Origin: Macrostomum lignano | Lineage: Eukaryota | Direction of reading: 5' to 3' | Length of the DNA stretch: 64,000 nt | Assembly: GCA_002269645.1 (NCBI GenBank) | Contig: NIVC01000089.1 | Location: forward strand, 682,001 to 746,000 | Shown: one piece after another, positions 1 through 13,384 of the stretch | Layout: each line of letters starts with the position of its first letter | Position numbering within the stretch: the first letter of the stretch is position 1 | Program-made: the position numbers and the translations under genes | The notes under the pieces: model-generated | Told to the model about the DNA's origin: nothing | Database searches by the model: none | What the model saw: only the letters and a program-made list of their open reading frames with translations

Positions 1-414
1 TCCCAAAAGTCCTAAAGTCAGTCCCTAAAGTCAGTGGTGACCAATTCTACCCTTTCCGCTGACCCCTGAGCACATACAAGCGCGCGAATGCTGTGCCTTT
101 TTGATCGTCAGGGATGTACACTTTTTATCCTGAAGGTTGATCCTCATGGACGTGAATTGCAGGACGACACCCAGACCAGTAAAAATAACACCCAAGCCCT
201 TAATAAATGGGGCTGCACACAGAATCGAACTAGGGGTTTGTGCGAATTAGTTCTACTTTGCCCCCTCCAATTGGACCGATGTATGTTGTACATTAGATTA
301 CGGCGTCTTTGAAGTATCAAAGGGGTATAGCGGCGACAATTCAAGCAACATACAACCACACAGGATATTTTGCTGTAAGAAATTACTAATAAACTTGACA
401 CTTATCTCACGCAG

Positions 415-1023
415 CAACTACGACCGCATGTGCTCTATCCTGGACCGAATGGAGCGTGAGAACTGGGCCGGAGTCGGCACCCAGCTGTCCAGGGAGATTC
501 GCAAGCTCATCGACAGCGTTGATGGCGCCGGTGACCGTCTGTGCCCCTTCACCCCGGCTGAGGTCAACGTGAGCAACCGCGCCATCGACCTGCCGAGCCT
601 GCCGCCGCTGCTGGCCACCATCGCCTCTGTGAGTTTCTGAATTCAGCGACTCAACTATGATATCTCTGGCACCTGCGATCATTCAGCACCCACCAATTCT
701 CAGTCATCCATCATATCCAGTACGCATCGACTTGTACTCGTTCACGACACGACATCCATCTTCCACGGACTACTAGATCCATAAAGCAACCATCAAGCCA
801 AAATGCTGCTTCCATTGTTTTCAGTACTTTGTTGGTTGAGTTTTATGCCTGAGCTAACTAGAAATACAGTTCAACTTGCGCAGCAGTTCAATTTTCGGAT
901 TACAATAAATTCTCTCTGAAATTTCAGGGCCAGTACCGCGTCCGCGCCCAGCTGATCAACCGCGACTCCAACCGTCTGATGAGCTGCTTCGAGATCGAGT
1001 TCGAGATGCGCAAGGCCGACTAA
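415..1023 (+). CDS. GM2-activator-like / ML lipid-binding domain protein, last two exons (415-628, 928-1023); 5' exons lie upstream of the window
   Basis: Acceptor gcag|415, donor 628|gtgagt, acceptor ttcag|928, TAA at 1021. Spliced peptide YDRMCSILD...LCPFTPAEVNV...LPPLLATIASGQYRVRAQLINRDSNRLMSCFEIEFEMRKAD* resembles the GM2A C-terminus (FCDVLD...CPFKEGTY...LPSWLTTGNYRI...LGCIKI). Confidence 0.7.
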
Positions 1024-2653
1024 ACGAAGAGCAAATGCTGAAGTCCATATAGTTTACTGAATTCACAAAATAAAATACGGTTGCTCAGCAACAAGTCTCA
1101 CTTGGAGTCGGATCGAAGTGTAGCCGCTAAAACTTTTTGGACTTTTCTTTTTTCTTATTTTTTGAAATTAGCGATGCAATTTGATAGTGTTTCGGTTCTT
1201 TAAGAAAACTCGTAGCAGAAAAAATTGAACAGTCAGCAAAAAATTTCTAAGAGTTTCATTTTTTGGATTTGGTCACGCGCGTGCAGGTAAATCCGGTCTG
1301 CGGAATTCCCACACTGCATGCGACAGCCTATTCCCTCTACTGACGCTCGCTTGTGGCTTACAAACCAAATGTCACGTCCCTGCAGTTCAACAAAAATTGG
1401 GAAGTTTTTGTTGATTGAATATTTAACTCTTCGTGTAGGGGCTTATCGCCGTTCACGAACTTAAGGACTTGAGTGGTACATACGCTCGTACAGGTGCTAG
1501 CTAATAAACGGTAAGTGTTTGCGTTCCCGAATAATTGTAAATTTGAACAGCAACAATAAGGGTTATCGAATAGAAATGTTAGCGGCCCTCATTCCGACCG
1601 TCTGCATTGCTGGCAGCGGCGATTTTGACTTTCGTCGTTTCGGTCTGCAGTAGCCCAGAAAGTCGCGGGCCGAGCAATACGCTCGTGTTCAGTGGGGTTG
1701 TAATAGTCAGGGATGAAGTTATTTTTAAAAGTTCAAGTCAAGATCAAAGCCTAAAGCTTGCCTTTCTCACATCTTGGTTCTAACATCTCACATACGGGCG
1801 TATTGAGCTCTGGCCCAAGTGAGCCATTTCTTTTGAGCTCTCTTTGACCCACCAAATAGGCACTTCTCTTTTGAGCTCTTTGACTTACTGAGCTATATTC
1901 GACTAATTATGAAATTACCTCGAGCCCTTGGCCGATGGAGTATTTCCTTAGGGACAATCTTTTTCCTAACTGGGCTGCAGGTGGGAACAATGAGTCCTGA
2001 ACAAAATCAGCGCCATCAGTTTGCATGGCCGGTACAGCGTCAGCTTCGTTGGCATCGACATCGACTGAAGCCGGAGGTCTTCTTAAAGGTTGTTGTAAGC
2101 TGCTCATTTTTTGATTTGCGAGTTGATCTTCTGAATTTTGCGTGGTTTCTTTGCCTCGTTATCTAGTCACCTAATCAACACCTAATCAATGTTACCAAAC
2201 GGACGTGTACGTGAATAGAATTCTGCCTCCCACGTATCAGCTTTATATCGCTAAATGGTCGCTTTCACGAAGATACGAGTAGAAAAATCAAAATTTCAGG
2301 TCTTCGAATGGTACAAAGTGCGGACTCTATCGCAGTTTACACACGCAACGGTTTTGCTATATTTTTATACGAGAAGAGGAATTACAAGGTTCAAACGCAT
2401 CTGAGCCGTCGCTGTCGGGTACATACATGTAGCTCGATGAAGTCAGACATATCCGCGAGAACTATAAAACTACAACACAAGCTAGCTTCATGCGTGATCA
2501 AAGGCACAAAAATTTCACAAAAACAAGCTGACTCGCTCTCTGTAGCATCCGGTTTTGGGTTACATGCCTAAAGACCACTATGCAAATGAAGATACAACTT
2601 ACTAAAATAAAAGTAACCGACTGAAAAATGCTTGTTGAGAACAACAGAGAACG

Positions 2654-5103
2654 ATGCCTGCTGCAAGTCTAGTCGCTTCGGCGTCGCCGAAAGGCCAGGA
2701 AAGAGACGAGATCGTCCTGCTACTCGCCGGCTGCCTGTTCGCTCCTTTCACCTTGCTGGCCTGCCTCGCCCTCTTCCGCTTGGCCGGCTGTCGCCGTGTT
2801 GACGACAATGATGAAGCATCAGACAGCCCGTCGCGGCGCAGCTGCCAGAGAAAGGCGGTGCTGCTGGCCTGGCTGGCAGCGGCTGCAGCCCTGGCCGGAG
2901 CAGCAACCGGCTTCAGCGCTCTGCGCGACTGGCGATTCGAGGCGGCGCCTGGCGACCAGCTGGTGATGCGGCTGGGCAGCTGGGCCGGCCTGTGCGGCGC
3001 AGTGTCGCTGGATGTAGTGGCCAACGATACTCGTAACAGCCAGGTTTTAACGGACGGCGAAGGTAAGCGGGAAAGCATGTTGTCTGATTACCTTTGGTAG
3101 CCATCAGTGACCTTAAAAAACTTATTTGCCGGTACACGAGCTAAGCTGATACAATGTAGAGATGGCTGATCAAGGCCTTACTAATTAGATGGATTTCTGA
3201 GTGATACGTTACCGAGAAAAAGTTTCGCTCTCCCTTTGACTTTCAAATATTGAAAAAAGTCATACAAAGCCGACTGTGAATTCATTCTCATTACATCAAG
3301 TTTAAAAAGAACATTTAAACAAAGCAAAACGAAAGCACATTAACCGGCAATACCATCCATTCGATGAATCTTCAATGTGGGTTCTGGCTTCGCACGTACA
3401 TGTGGTCGGATTGGGGAGTTACGTTGATTTTTCTCGTGTGATTTTTGTAGCCATTATTTAAATATCGACGCAATGCTAGGGTTTGGAAACTACCGTAAAT
3501 CAAGGCCGTGTCCGACCGCGACCGCACACGACAGTCAACGCGCAGCCATGAAACTTTGCTGGGTCCTGGGCACAAGCAGCCTCACGTATACACAGACGGG
3601 GCACAGACACAAACACACAGTCCTGACTTTTATTTTGCTAGACAGCTATTCAATTATTTCGACTCAAGAGTTTGGCGCGGTACGGTGTAGCAAATAAGGA
3701 AAGTTAAGACTTTAACGTAGACTGAAATTGTTTATCACACAATTTTTTATATTCAAAGCGCTCTCGAGACCTCCAACGACGAGCCAGGTGGATCTGTTCA
3801 ACCCCGGCTTGGCCACCGACCGCTGGCTGACAGAGCGGATCAATCGGTCAACAAGCGGCCTGATTAACAGCCCGGCAGTAGGGCCGCGACAGTCCGTGGA
3901 CATCGCTTGGGAGCTGCCGGTGGCCGGGGCTGCCAGCAGCTTGACGGTGACTGCCACATTTAGGCACAGGCTGAGACTGCTGCTGCGCAGGAAGCTGGAG
4001 CTTCATCCACTGACTGCATCAGACAGCGATGGCGGAGGATTTGCTCAAGACAAGCTGGAGTATGGCGAGCTGCTGCTGGCTGATGAGGTGAGAGAATTAA
4101 GGCACTGGAATCTGCTGATAGATTCACTGTTGATGAGACTGAGCAAATTCAGCTTTAATGGCACACTCATGGGATTCTAGCTGTTGCTCACTTCTTTGAA
4201 ATGAGTCCTAGTACTCGCTGCCAATCCATACATGCGCAACCTTGGGAATCACTCGGCCGTTTCTATTGGCAACACACACATGTAAGTCGCTATTGGCTGA
4301 GAGCAGTCACGTGACTACTATTCTGTCCAATAGCGACTTACGTGTGTGTGTTGCCAATAGAAACGGCCGGGTGAATCCCTAGGTTGCGCCCAAGCATGTG
4401 CTAATCCATAGCTAATCCGAGCAATCTGAGCACTCTCTGTCTGATCCATAACTACATGCAATCAGAGATACACAGTAGCTAATCAGAGACACCGTATCCA
4501 TCGCAGGTGCAAGGCATCAACACTGTGGCGGTGTACAATGTGAGTCAGTCGGGCACTTTAATAGTGCAGCTAACGTGTCTAGAAGACGCGCATCCGGTAA
4601 CGCCAGCTCACAGTCGCAACAACTACGCCTTCTCAATCGGCCTGAACTCGGTGCGCTACGCAACTGACAGCCCAGCTCAGAGAATTAATTGCCGCTTAGG
4701 CCAGCTGCCCTGCCTCATCGACAACCTGCCGGCCCAGTTCATATTGCAGATGGTTGAGGAGTCGCCAGTGACATCAGTCCAGCTGCACCCGAATCCGGGT
4801 AGACGACACCATATCGCCATGCGCTGCGAACGACGCTCGGCTCTGGTGGCAGCGGCGCCAGGCCTGCTAGCGGCGCTAGTGAGCGCGCCCTGCGCCCTGC
4901 TTCTGGCCGTCAATGCCATGCTGGCTGCCCGCCAGTGCCAACTGCGGTTGCCTGGCTGTCAGCGAAGCCTACAGCTATGCGGTGATGACACTGATGAAGA
5001 TGGCGGCAGGATAGCAGCAGTGGCACCAATGGAAGATAAAGTCAGAGTGAACAACAAAGGAAGAAATTTAAAGAGACTTGGCGTGCGATTTCAGCTAGAC
5101 TAA
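2654..5103 (+). CDS. 444-aa membrane protein (2 N-terminal TMs, large luminal region, 1 C-terminal TM); possibly APD1-4 N/middle-domain-like; exons 2654-3062, 3759-4087, 4507-5103
   Basis: Phase-compatible GT-AG junctions (G|gtaagc..aag|CG; GAG|gtgaga..cag|GTG); 409+329+597=1335 nt; GC-rich exon composition; three hydrophobic segments. The family call is recalled similarity only (PGDQLVMRL...LCGAV; MRCERRSALV before TM3). Confidence 0.7.
4234..4389. mobile_element. Foldback/MITE-like hairpin in intron 2 of the membrane-protein gene
   Basis: About 63-bp arms (4234-4296 / 4327-4389) are near-perfect reverse complements; the centre contains the palindrome GTCACGTGAC. Confidence 0.7.
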
Positions 5104-6192
5104 CAAATAGCCACTGCATTACCTAGGCTCTACAAGCATTCCTTAAAGAAATAGTTCAAATATATTTAACTTTGCACTGAAGGTAGCTTAACATTTACCT
5201 ATATCTATCTATTATAATTACACTCATAGCACTTTAAAAATGATTTACGAGGTAGTAGAGTGGTGCTAAATTTGTAGCTAACAAATATCTCAAGTTATAG
5301 GAAATCACTAGTGCCGATTTTGTGCCTTGCATGCACTTGCAAGAGATCAGATTGCATTTACTGGTAGCATGTACACTATATGCAATATTGGACTAGGGAA
5401 TGTTGCATATATATGCCACATGGCATATGCTTTACATATAGCAGATGATTGCTTATTAGACATATGTGCATATATAACTATAGTAGATATGCACATGCAA
5501 TCTCTAGGATTATACTAGCTATACAACTTAGTTTTATGACTTAACCAAAAACAAAATAGAAATATTCAATTCATAATCAATTTTTGTCAAAAATAAAAGT
5601 CATAAGTAATCAAATTTGCAACTTACCTTTGGTCTAGGCCAAACTGCAATAGATTATGCATCAATATAACAATAAGCATATATTATATATTTTAATTTAA
5701 TTCATTAAATTTCATTTTTATATAGTATATATGACAATTTACACCTTTCATTTATTAATTTTTTTAAATTGAAATAAAACAATTATATCATAAAATGACA
5801 AGAAACAATAAAACAAGGTTGCAAAACTTTTGTAATGTTGAAAAACTCTAAGACTCAGAACTCAGAACAACAACCATTTATGGTTCAAATGTATAAGGCT
5901 CTAAGGGGGTATGATAGAAGTAAACAACATTTGTACTAGGCCTATATAGCTTGGAATTTTGCCTTATATTGTACCCATGTCCTTTTCATAAGGCCTGCTA
6001 AGCAATTAGTTATGAATTATAGGCTTACTTGTTACTTGACTTGGTGTAGTTAAAGATTGCTTAGCTACTAAATTGACCTGAAAGCCTTAAATATAGTTTA
6101 AGCTATTTATTCTATCACTACAAATCTTCTTTAAGCCTTAATTTTGACCACATACAGTTATAATAAGTTCCTATTAGTTCTATCATATCCTA

Positions 6193-7886
6193 TGTAGATA
6201 AAATAATAGTTTAAAATAAACTATATTTAAATTGCAGAGACAGAAGAGAAGCAAGTGGGTGCAGGGCCCAAACCAGTATATTTATAACACTTTAACTTAA
6301 GTGTTAGGGGCTTGAATGCTAGTAAAAAAGAGAGGGGTAAGGTGCGCAACTGAAGAGAAGCAAGAATGGAGAGCCAATTAGAAGGCAGCAAGGGAGAGAG
6401 AGAAAGAATAACAAGATTGAACAAGACAGAGAGTGAAAACAGAGTAAACAGAGACAAGTGAAGGTGAACTAAAGAAATGACTAAGAAAGTTGCGACACCC
6501 CCTCAAAAATGGAACATTTTTTAATTCTCAAGTAGCAATGGGAATTGTGAGTTAGATTGGACTAAGTAGAGTTTTAATTGGACAACAAATTCAAAAAGGT
6601 GTACAACCATCAGAAAAGTCTAATACAATATCAATACGAATATGAAATGATATTTCAAGCTACAAAATTGTTGATTTCATGCAAAGTTGAGTTTTGACAA
6701 GTTAGACTTTGAAAAGAATAAATTGTATTACACTATAGACTTAATAGACAGAATAGAGATGAGCCTGGAGGACCTGCCCTCCCCCTTAAAAATTTGCAAT
6801 TTTTAACAAAGACAACTGGTACATGTAAAGTACAGAAAAGAATGTTAAAAATATTGTCAGTTGAGTATGAGAGATGCAATGAGATAAGAATCAAGTTGTT
6901 AAAAAGAACAACTAGAGACGACTGGAGACATTGACAAGAAAGGAGTGGAACTGAGTGAAGAAAATTTGACAAGAGACCAGTGAGATTGACTGTTGACACA
7001 GACTCTAAAGACATGATGATGACCAGAGATTAATTGTGACTATGCTGCTGGCACTGCCTCCCAAAGACGAGATCAACAGCCGAGTGAGAGAATATGCTGC
7101 TGGCCCAACTCCAAAGCAGAGAACGACAGCCCAAGTAGAGCTGCAAATATGCCCCCAGCCCAACTCCAAAGCAGAGACTGACAGCCAAAGTAGAACAGAA
7201 AATATGCTGCTAGCCCAACTCTAAAACAGAGACTGACAGCCTAAGTAGAGCTGCTAATATGCTGCTGGCCCAACTCTGAAGCAAAGAATGACAGCCCAAG
7301 TAGAGATGCAAATATGCCACCAGCCCAACTCTGAAGCAAAGACCGACAGCCCAAGTAGAGCTGCGAATATGCCACTGGGCCAACTCCAACTCTAACTCCA
7401 AAGGCAATAGTCCAAATTGAGATATGAGACATTATGCAAAGAGTTGAGAACTTGTTCACAAGTGGCAAAAGGCAAAGAGAGGCTGGCAAATGAGACGATT
7501 AAGAGGCCAACAGACAGCAGACAAAGTGATTGAGCAATAATGACGGGACAATGAGACAATGACAAGATGATACATGACAAACAAAGCCAGCCAACCAAGC
7601 TGGCACTTAATAAACTAACAACATATTAGGTTCTATTTTAGTTTGGGTGCCATGTGGAGAAAATAATAGTGTAAAATAAACTATATTTAAATTGCAGAGA
7701 TAGAAGAGAAGCAAGTGGGTGCAGGGCCCAAACTGATATATTTATAGCACTTTAACTTAGGTCTTAGAGGCTTGAATACTGGTAATAAAGAGAGGGGTAG
7801 AGTGCGCGACTGAAGAGACAGACAAGAACAGAAAGCCAATCAGAAGGCAGCGGGAGAGAAAGAGGAAAACTAAGAAAGTCGTAACA
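6193..7886 (-). mobile_element. Small non-autonomous LTR retroelement (TRIM/LARD-like)
   Basis: Direct repeats 6193-6497 and 7653-7886, both TG...CA. Minus-strand PBS-like TGGCACCCAAAC abuts the 7653 LTR (tRNA-Lys PBS TGGCGCCCGAAC with two CpG>CpA changes). PPT-like GAGGGGG abuts the 6497 LTR. Flanks tccta/gccta give a 5-bp TSD with 1 mismatch. No pol motifs recognised. Confidence 0.75.
7090..7385. repeat. About 54-bp tandem repeat (5-6 units) inside the LTR element
   Basis: Unit approx. aatatgctgctggcccaactccaaagcagagaacgacagcccaagtagagctgca. Confidence 0.8.
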
Positions 7887-9342
7887 GCCTATTTTTGTAC
7901 TATTTTGAGAATCTTTTTTTGTATTAGAAAGGTCTTAGAACTTAAAAAATTTCCATTATTTCAAATTGCAACTATTTTATTTTAAATGAAAAAATTAATA
8001 AATGAAAAAGAAAATTGCTATATAAGATTATAGATTTATATATAAATATAAAGAATATGGCTTATACTATATATTATATAATGTGCAGTATACATGCACA
8101 ACTGCTAGCTGACCTGGCCAATCTGGCCACTGTAAATTGTGGTAGACCAGGGGTAAGTTGCAAAAATGCCCAGCCTAAAGAATACAGACGTAGTACTAAT
8201 TAGATGACGAGGCATTTAGTTCTTATAAGACAGTCATAGTTATTCTTGCCATTTACCCAAAATTGCATTAGGGTTTCTTTTATAGGTAAGTTGCATTTTT
8301 GGTCAAAAAGTAAGTCACATGGCTAGTGTAAATCAGGGGGTTGCACATGTATGATGTACAGTATAATAAGCCTAACAAACTAATTATATTAAATATTGGA
8401 TTGCATTAGTCATAGCATATCAAAAATATTTAATCAAGCTATAGAATGCATTAATTTGATTAAATTCATTTATTAATAAAAAATTGCTATTTTTCTATGT
8501 AGTAATGTAGTATGTTTTAATAAAGTTATTTTCTACTTGACTCAAATATTAGAATATTTTTATACAATTATAAGAGATATTTATCAACTAACATAGGCCT
8601 ATAGGACCTAACTTAGTTTAATTTAAGTAGCTTTTATATATAGATAGCATAGGCCTACTTAGGACTTACCAATTGAATAAGGGATAGGATACTTGATGTC
8701 TTACCACTTTTCTTGTGTGATTAACTGCATAATACAATAAAAAACACATCTTTGATATTGTCCCTTGATGTGATAAAAACAAAAACTCTTGTCTTGGTCT
8801 TTGCATTATGCAGTGAGTCACAAAGATTAAGTGAGCAACTTGGGTGATTAGGGCCTACAGTACAAATGAAGATTGATATGGGGCTAATATGGGCAGATTA
8901 TAAATTGTCATTTATTTTGGCATTATCTCTTCAAGTTCATCCCACCAAACCAGAGTCCAAGATCAGGGCATTGAGGAATAGGCCCATTCTTAATAACAAT
9001 GTCAATAATGATAAATGAAAATAGTCACGCCAATTCTAAATTAACAACAGTTTGGCCTGTTCAGTCAGTTTTAATCACCCTTTTAACATAGTTTATAAGC
9101 TTAAAGACTTAGCCATCGTCATGCCGACGATACTATTCAGTATATTGCAAGCATGCTACTGTAAACTCTCTCACACGCACACAAAATATATCCATGACCT
9201 ATTATTATTTATTATTACCAATAGCAATATAGACCTAGGCTTAGAGTCCTGGTCCAGTGGTCCTGGCTTCAACTCTCTTTGACGGTCAAAAGGACGGGGA
9301 GTAGGGTGATGGTCATTTCGTCAACTGGCGTTTCGTCGACTC

Positions 9343-9610
9343 GGGGCCTTTTCATATTGCTTGTTCTGGTTCCAGAACCAGAACCAAATTGTGAAGTATA
9401 ACTTTTTGTCTCCATAACTAGAGGGATATGCGTGCTATAAAGTTTTTATTATTGAATGACAATCGCCAAGAAGAAAGTAAAAATTGTGTTAAGTGAGGTT
9501 GTTAAGGCAGTCAAACATTCAACAGAACTAAATAGTTATAGGCCTACTGCTGTTTTTCTTGGAAGATCCGAACCGATTCTGATTCTGGAATTGGTAATAT
9601 GAAAAGCCCC
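9343..9610. mobile_element. Small MITE nested in the TIR element
   Basis: Terminal inverted repeats ggggc(c)ttttcatatt / aatatgaaaagcccc. Confidence 0.5.
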
Positions 9611-10574
9611 GAAGTGACCAAAGTGTTGGGGCGACTTTACTGGTGGTTGACGAAGTGACCAATGCCTAGGTCCTTCCCATTTGCTTGTTGACGAAGTGAC
9701 TAAAATTTTCATTACATGAATGATATACGTATGTAGCTGATACAGCTGCATATCTTGTATAGCTTACAATTATTGTTATATCGATGACTTGTTTTATTAA
9801 TTGCCTTATTTTTAAAAAACGAACAAATTTTGCAATTTTGCAATACCAGACTGCATGTCCATTAGGTTAAATGTTTCGATGCAAATATTCTATGCAAATG
9901 CGGCACCCCATGAGCACTCATACTCATATGCGTCCGGGCATTAATGAATTTTGAGTATTTGTGTTATGCGACCATACATGCGACTACATAACACGGGTAT
10001 TTCTCCTATCAAAACGCGTCGAGGACTGCTATAAAGTCCCCTATATATGGAGTCGTGAAAATTAGTGGACGCGCCTTCCCACCCCTCCACCCCGCTGTGC
10101 ACAGTCAGCCGAAGCCCCCGCAGCGAATTTTGATATCCGGTAATGCTTTTGATCGGAGTATATAATTACGCACGATTCACGCGCGCTCATCGATCGATCA
10201 TGCCGTACATGTATAAGGTATTCCCTCACTCCCTGTCATGCTTAACACTAAAATGTACAATTCACTGTAAGAAGGCACAAGCAGACACGAGCAGACAGAC
10301 GCAAAGGCACAGGCAGACGCGCAAACCGATCGGCGATATTGGGTGCAGTACCACCACAGCGGCGTGCTCTTGATTCGTGCATTCCTGCTCATGTAGCTGC
10401 ACAAGACTTGGCCATGTGCCTAAGCCTAGTGCTTTTACGTGTAGGGTCAGCAAACATTTTACCTCAAGGGGCCAGATTGAGAACCTAGCGAAATGACTGC
10501 CCTTCTGGGTCCGCTTCGCTGGGCCCCTAAGCAAAATGCACCCAGGAGTCCCTGATGATTGCAAGCCAAAGGAG

Positions 10575-10845
10575 GGAGAGAGGATAGGAAATAGAGAAGA
10601 GAAATACGAGCTGGCGTACTCGAAGAATAAACGAGAGGCGAAGGAATAAGGATAAGAGAGTATACGATCGAGAGGAGAGATGAAATAGGAGAGGATCGAT
10701 CGAGAGGAGAGGAGAGATGAAATAGAAGAGAGAGGAGAGGAGAGACGAAATAGAGGAGAGAGGAGAGGAGAGGATCGAGAGAGGAGGGAAGGGAGAAGAG
10801 AATGGAGAAGAAAAGGAAGAGGAGAGGAGAGAGGTTAAAGCTAAA
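10575..10845. repeat. GA-rich low-complexity tract
   Basis: gagag/gagga runs. Confidence 0.85.
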
Positions 10846-11301
10846 AGAATAGACAGCGCCAAGAGATCCAGAAAATTACTGGTCTTGCCCTTGCAATTTT
10901 CATTCATTTGAGATATCTATGACTTACTAAATAAATTAGTCAAGGACCACTGAAGTCACTTAAGCGCAGTCCTTGAAATGAGTGCAGTACAGTTGCGCAA
11001 TGTTTGAATTAGTTGAAAATTTGAGCATTTTCAGCTAGACTTTTGGCTACTCCAACACAGAATTGAATATTGGGCTGGTTATGTCATATTGCCACAAACT
11101 CATATAACAGCAGGAGTTTGGGTGCCCTTAGATTAGAAGAAATTATGTGCAATGGCCCTCCCATCAAATAGCCCCCCCCTCCCCCACTCTGAAACATGTT
11201 CCGACACTACTGGCTTGAGCTACAGTACATTTATATGTAGTCTGGGGGAGTCCTGCAGTCCGAGACCAGCTTAATGTACAGCTGACCGCTAGAGGGCAGC
11301 G

Positions 11302-11505
11302 TTGTTCCAGGCGAGGCGGTGATCGAGACCGTCCTGCTGTACACTGTCAAGACCTGGACGCTGATGAAGTCGCTCGAGCAACAAGTTGACGCGGCGCACG
11401 CTGGCCTGCTGCGCGCCGCCTAATTCAAGTTAAGATCGCCTACGCGAGTGACCAACGCAGCTTTTGTATCACCGCGCCGACCTGTTCCCTCCAAGCGACC
11501 TGCTG
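11302..11505 (+). mobile_element. RTE-clade LINE 3' fragment
   Basis: Translates VIETVLLYTVKTWTLMKSLEQQVDAAHAGLLRAA, matching the RTE post-RT motif (xLLYGxETWTL...LD...LR). Confidence 0.65.
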
Positions 11506-13384
11506 CGCAGTCATACATGACCACATTCATGTATGTAATAGCTTGATTTGGAATGCTTTCTATATGTGTTTTGCGAATAGAGGACCCAGCCACTTCAAGC
11601 GTTATCTTTGGTCCGGGTTCTCCTCAACTACATGTACTAATTCTTAATTAACTTCTGCATTCAAGATTTAACATATACAAATGTGTAACACGGGATCTCA
11701 ACCCCGTCGTGCTGCACACGTTTCAAACACATGAGCGCATTATATTTTGTTAGTGCATGTACAAGCGTATAACAGAGACGCATCAATCGAAAGCCGGCAG
11801 ATGTTGCAGAAGGGTATGAATATTAATTAGCCTGTTGACTTAGTTATTTCAGGGTTCAGTTTTACCTTTTTGCGGCTGCGGGGGGTAGTTTATTGGCAGT
11901 TGACGAAGTGACCAATATTGGAACACTTCCTATTGGCCAGTTGACGAAGTGACTGAGGTTTGAGATTGCTTCATTGGCTAGTTGACGAAACGACCAGTGA
12001 TAAAACCGAGTTGACGAAATGGCCAGTTGACGAAACGCCAGTTGACGAAATGACTAGGACCCTATATGTCAATGTATTTAATAATAGTTCAAGACTCAAG
12101 AGTAGAAGGAGATCTATTTATGCATAAAGAACGAGCAATAATATAGTATTTGAAAGAGTGCCTAAATTTTTTCTACGAAACTTTAAACGATCTTTAGCGA
12201 CTAACGAAGCAAAAAGTATTTAAGTAAGGAATTAAAAAACAAATATTGTATAAACTTGATGTATAGCAATTCAATTGATCCCGTAGGTGACAAAAAAGTA
12301 TATAGGTGTTAATCAGGCAATAAAAAAATTGATATCAAATGTAAGGATTGCAGGCAATTATTAGGTATTAAAGATGAGGGTTATTTTTTTTATAGACGAA
12401 GGAAATTAGACTATCACAAAGTTTTAGGTAGGCATTAAGTGTTTGCGATTAAAGAAATTATGATACACAGATATTCGCGTAATGCGGGAGAAAATGCACT
12501 GGTACTTTTTAAACGAAGAGAAGCAGAAACTTAATTGCAGCTTAGCTTAGTGGCCAGTGACTTCTTTAGTCGCTTCAAATCGGTGCTCAATTTTCAGAAG
12601 TCCCAGTCAATTTAAACAAATTAGGAGTGCAATGGGGCTCTAGCTGCTGAGTTTCTTAGGCTGAGAGGGAGGGTAACTGCAGTGGCCGTGGCTAAGTGGT
12701 CAAAGATGATGCCGTCCATCAGAATGCCGAGCAGCCAGGATTGCTGCAGGGTTTTTAGATGCTATGGACAAGCTAGTTTTTGTCGAGTGGTTGATTTTTT
12801 AATTTATTACTTTAGTAGGTCGTCTGCTGCCACCACACTGCTGTAATTCGCAGAGAAGACCCTAAGACTAAATTAATTAATTAAACTTAGATCGCTAAGG
12901 ATCAAATAATGCAGTCCGAAGTTACGAAAAGTGTAGGAACAACTATAATTGATTTAATAAACCGCTTGAAATTATGCACTTTCGTAGATATGTTGATTTG
13001 GAAGCTAAGTTTATTCGGAAGCTAAGTTCGGTTTAACGAAAAACTAACATAATTGCACGCAGTTACTTTTATAGTAGCTATAGGGGAACCAGCTGCAGGT
13101 CGGGCTTTCACGGGTATCATGCAGGCTATAGGTAATTAAAGGGCTGCACCTAGAGTAGCTATTGGAATTAAATGTAAGAATTTATTAAGGGGCTGATCTG
13201 TTGGTATTCCACTTAAGTCGAGGGAATGACGTTGTTGTATAACTTAGTGAATGAGACATTGTATGTTAAAGACGCTGAGTCATACAACCTTTTGACTAAG
13301 GACCACTGGAACACTTCGTTATAGTCCTTGCTTTAGACTCGCTCTGTCAGCTTGTACCCGCATTTCCCCGCTCCCCCGGTATAT

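Larger units (their letters stand above)
9304..12062. mobile_element. Non-autonomous TIR DNA element with subterminal GTTGACGAA(A/G)TG repeats and nested inserts
   Basis: Left end gggt..gtcatttcgtcaactggcgtttcgtc matches the reverse complement of the right end gttgacgaaacgccagttgacgaaatgac..accc. TA on both flanks. The motif recurs at about 9610-9700 and 11895-12050. Confidence 0.6.
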
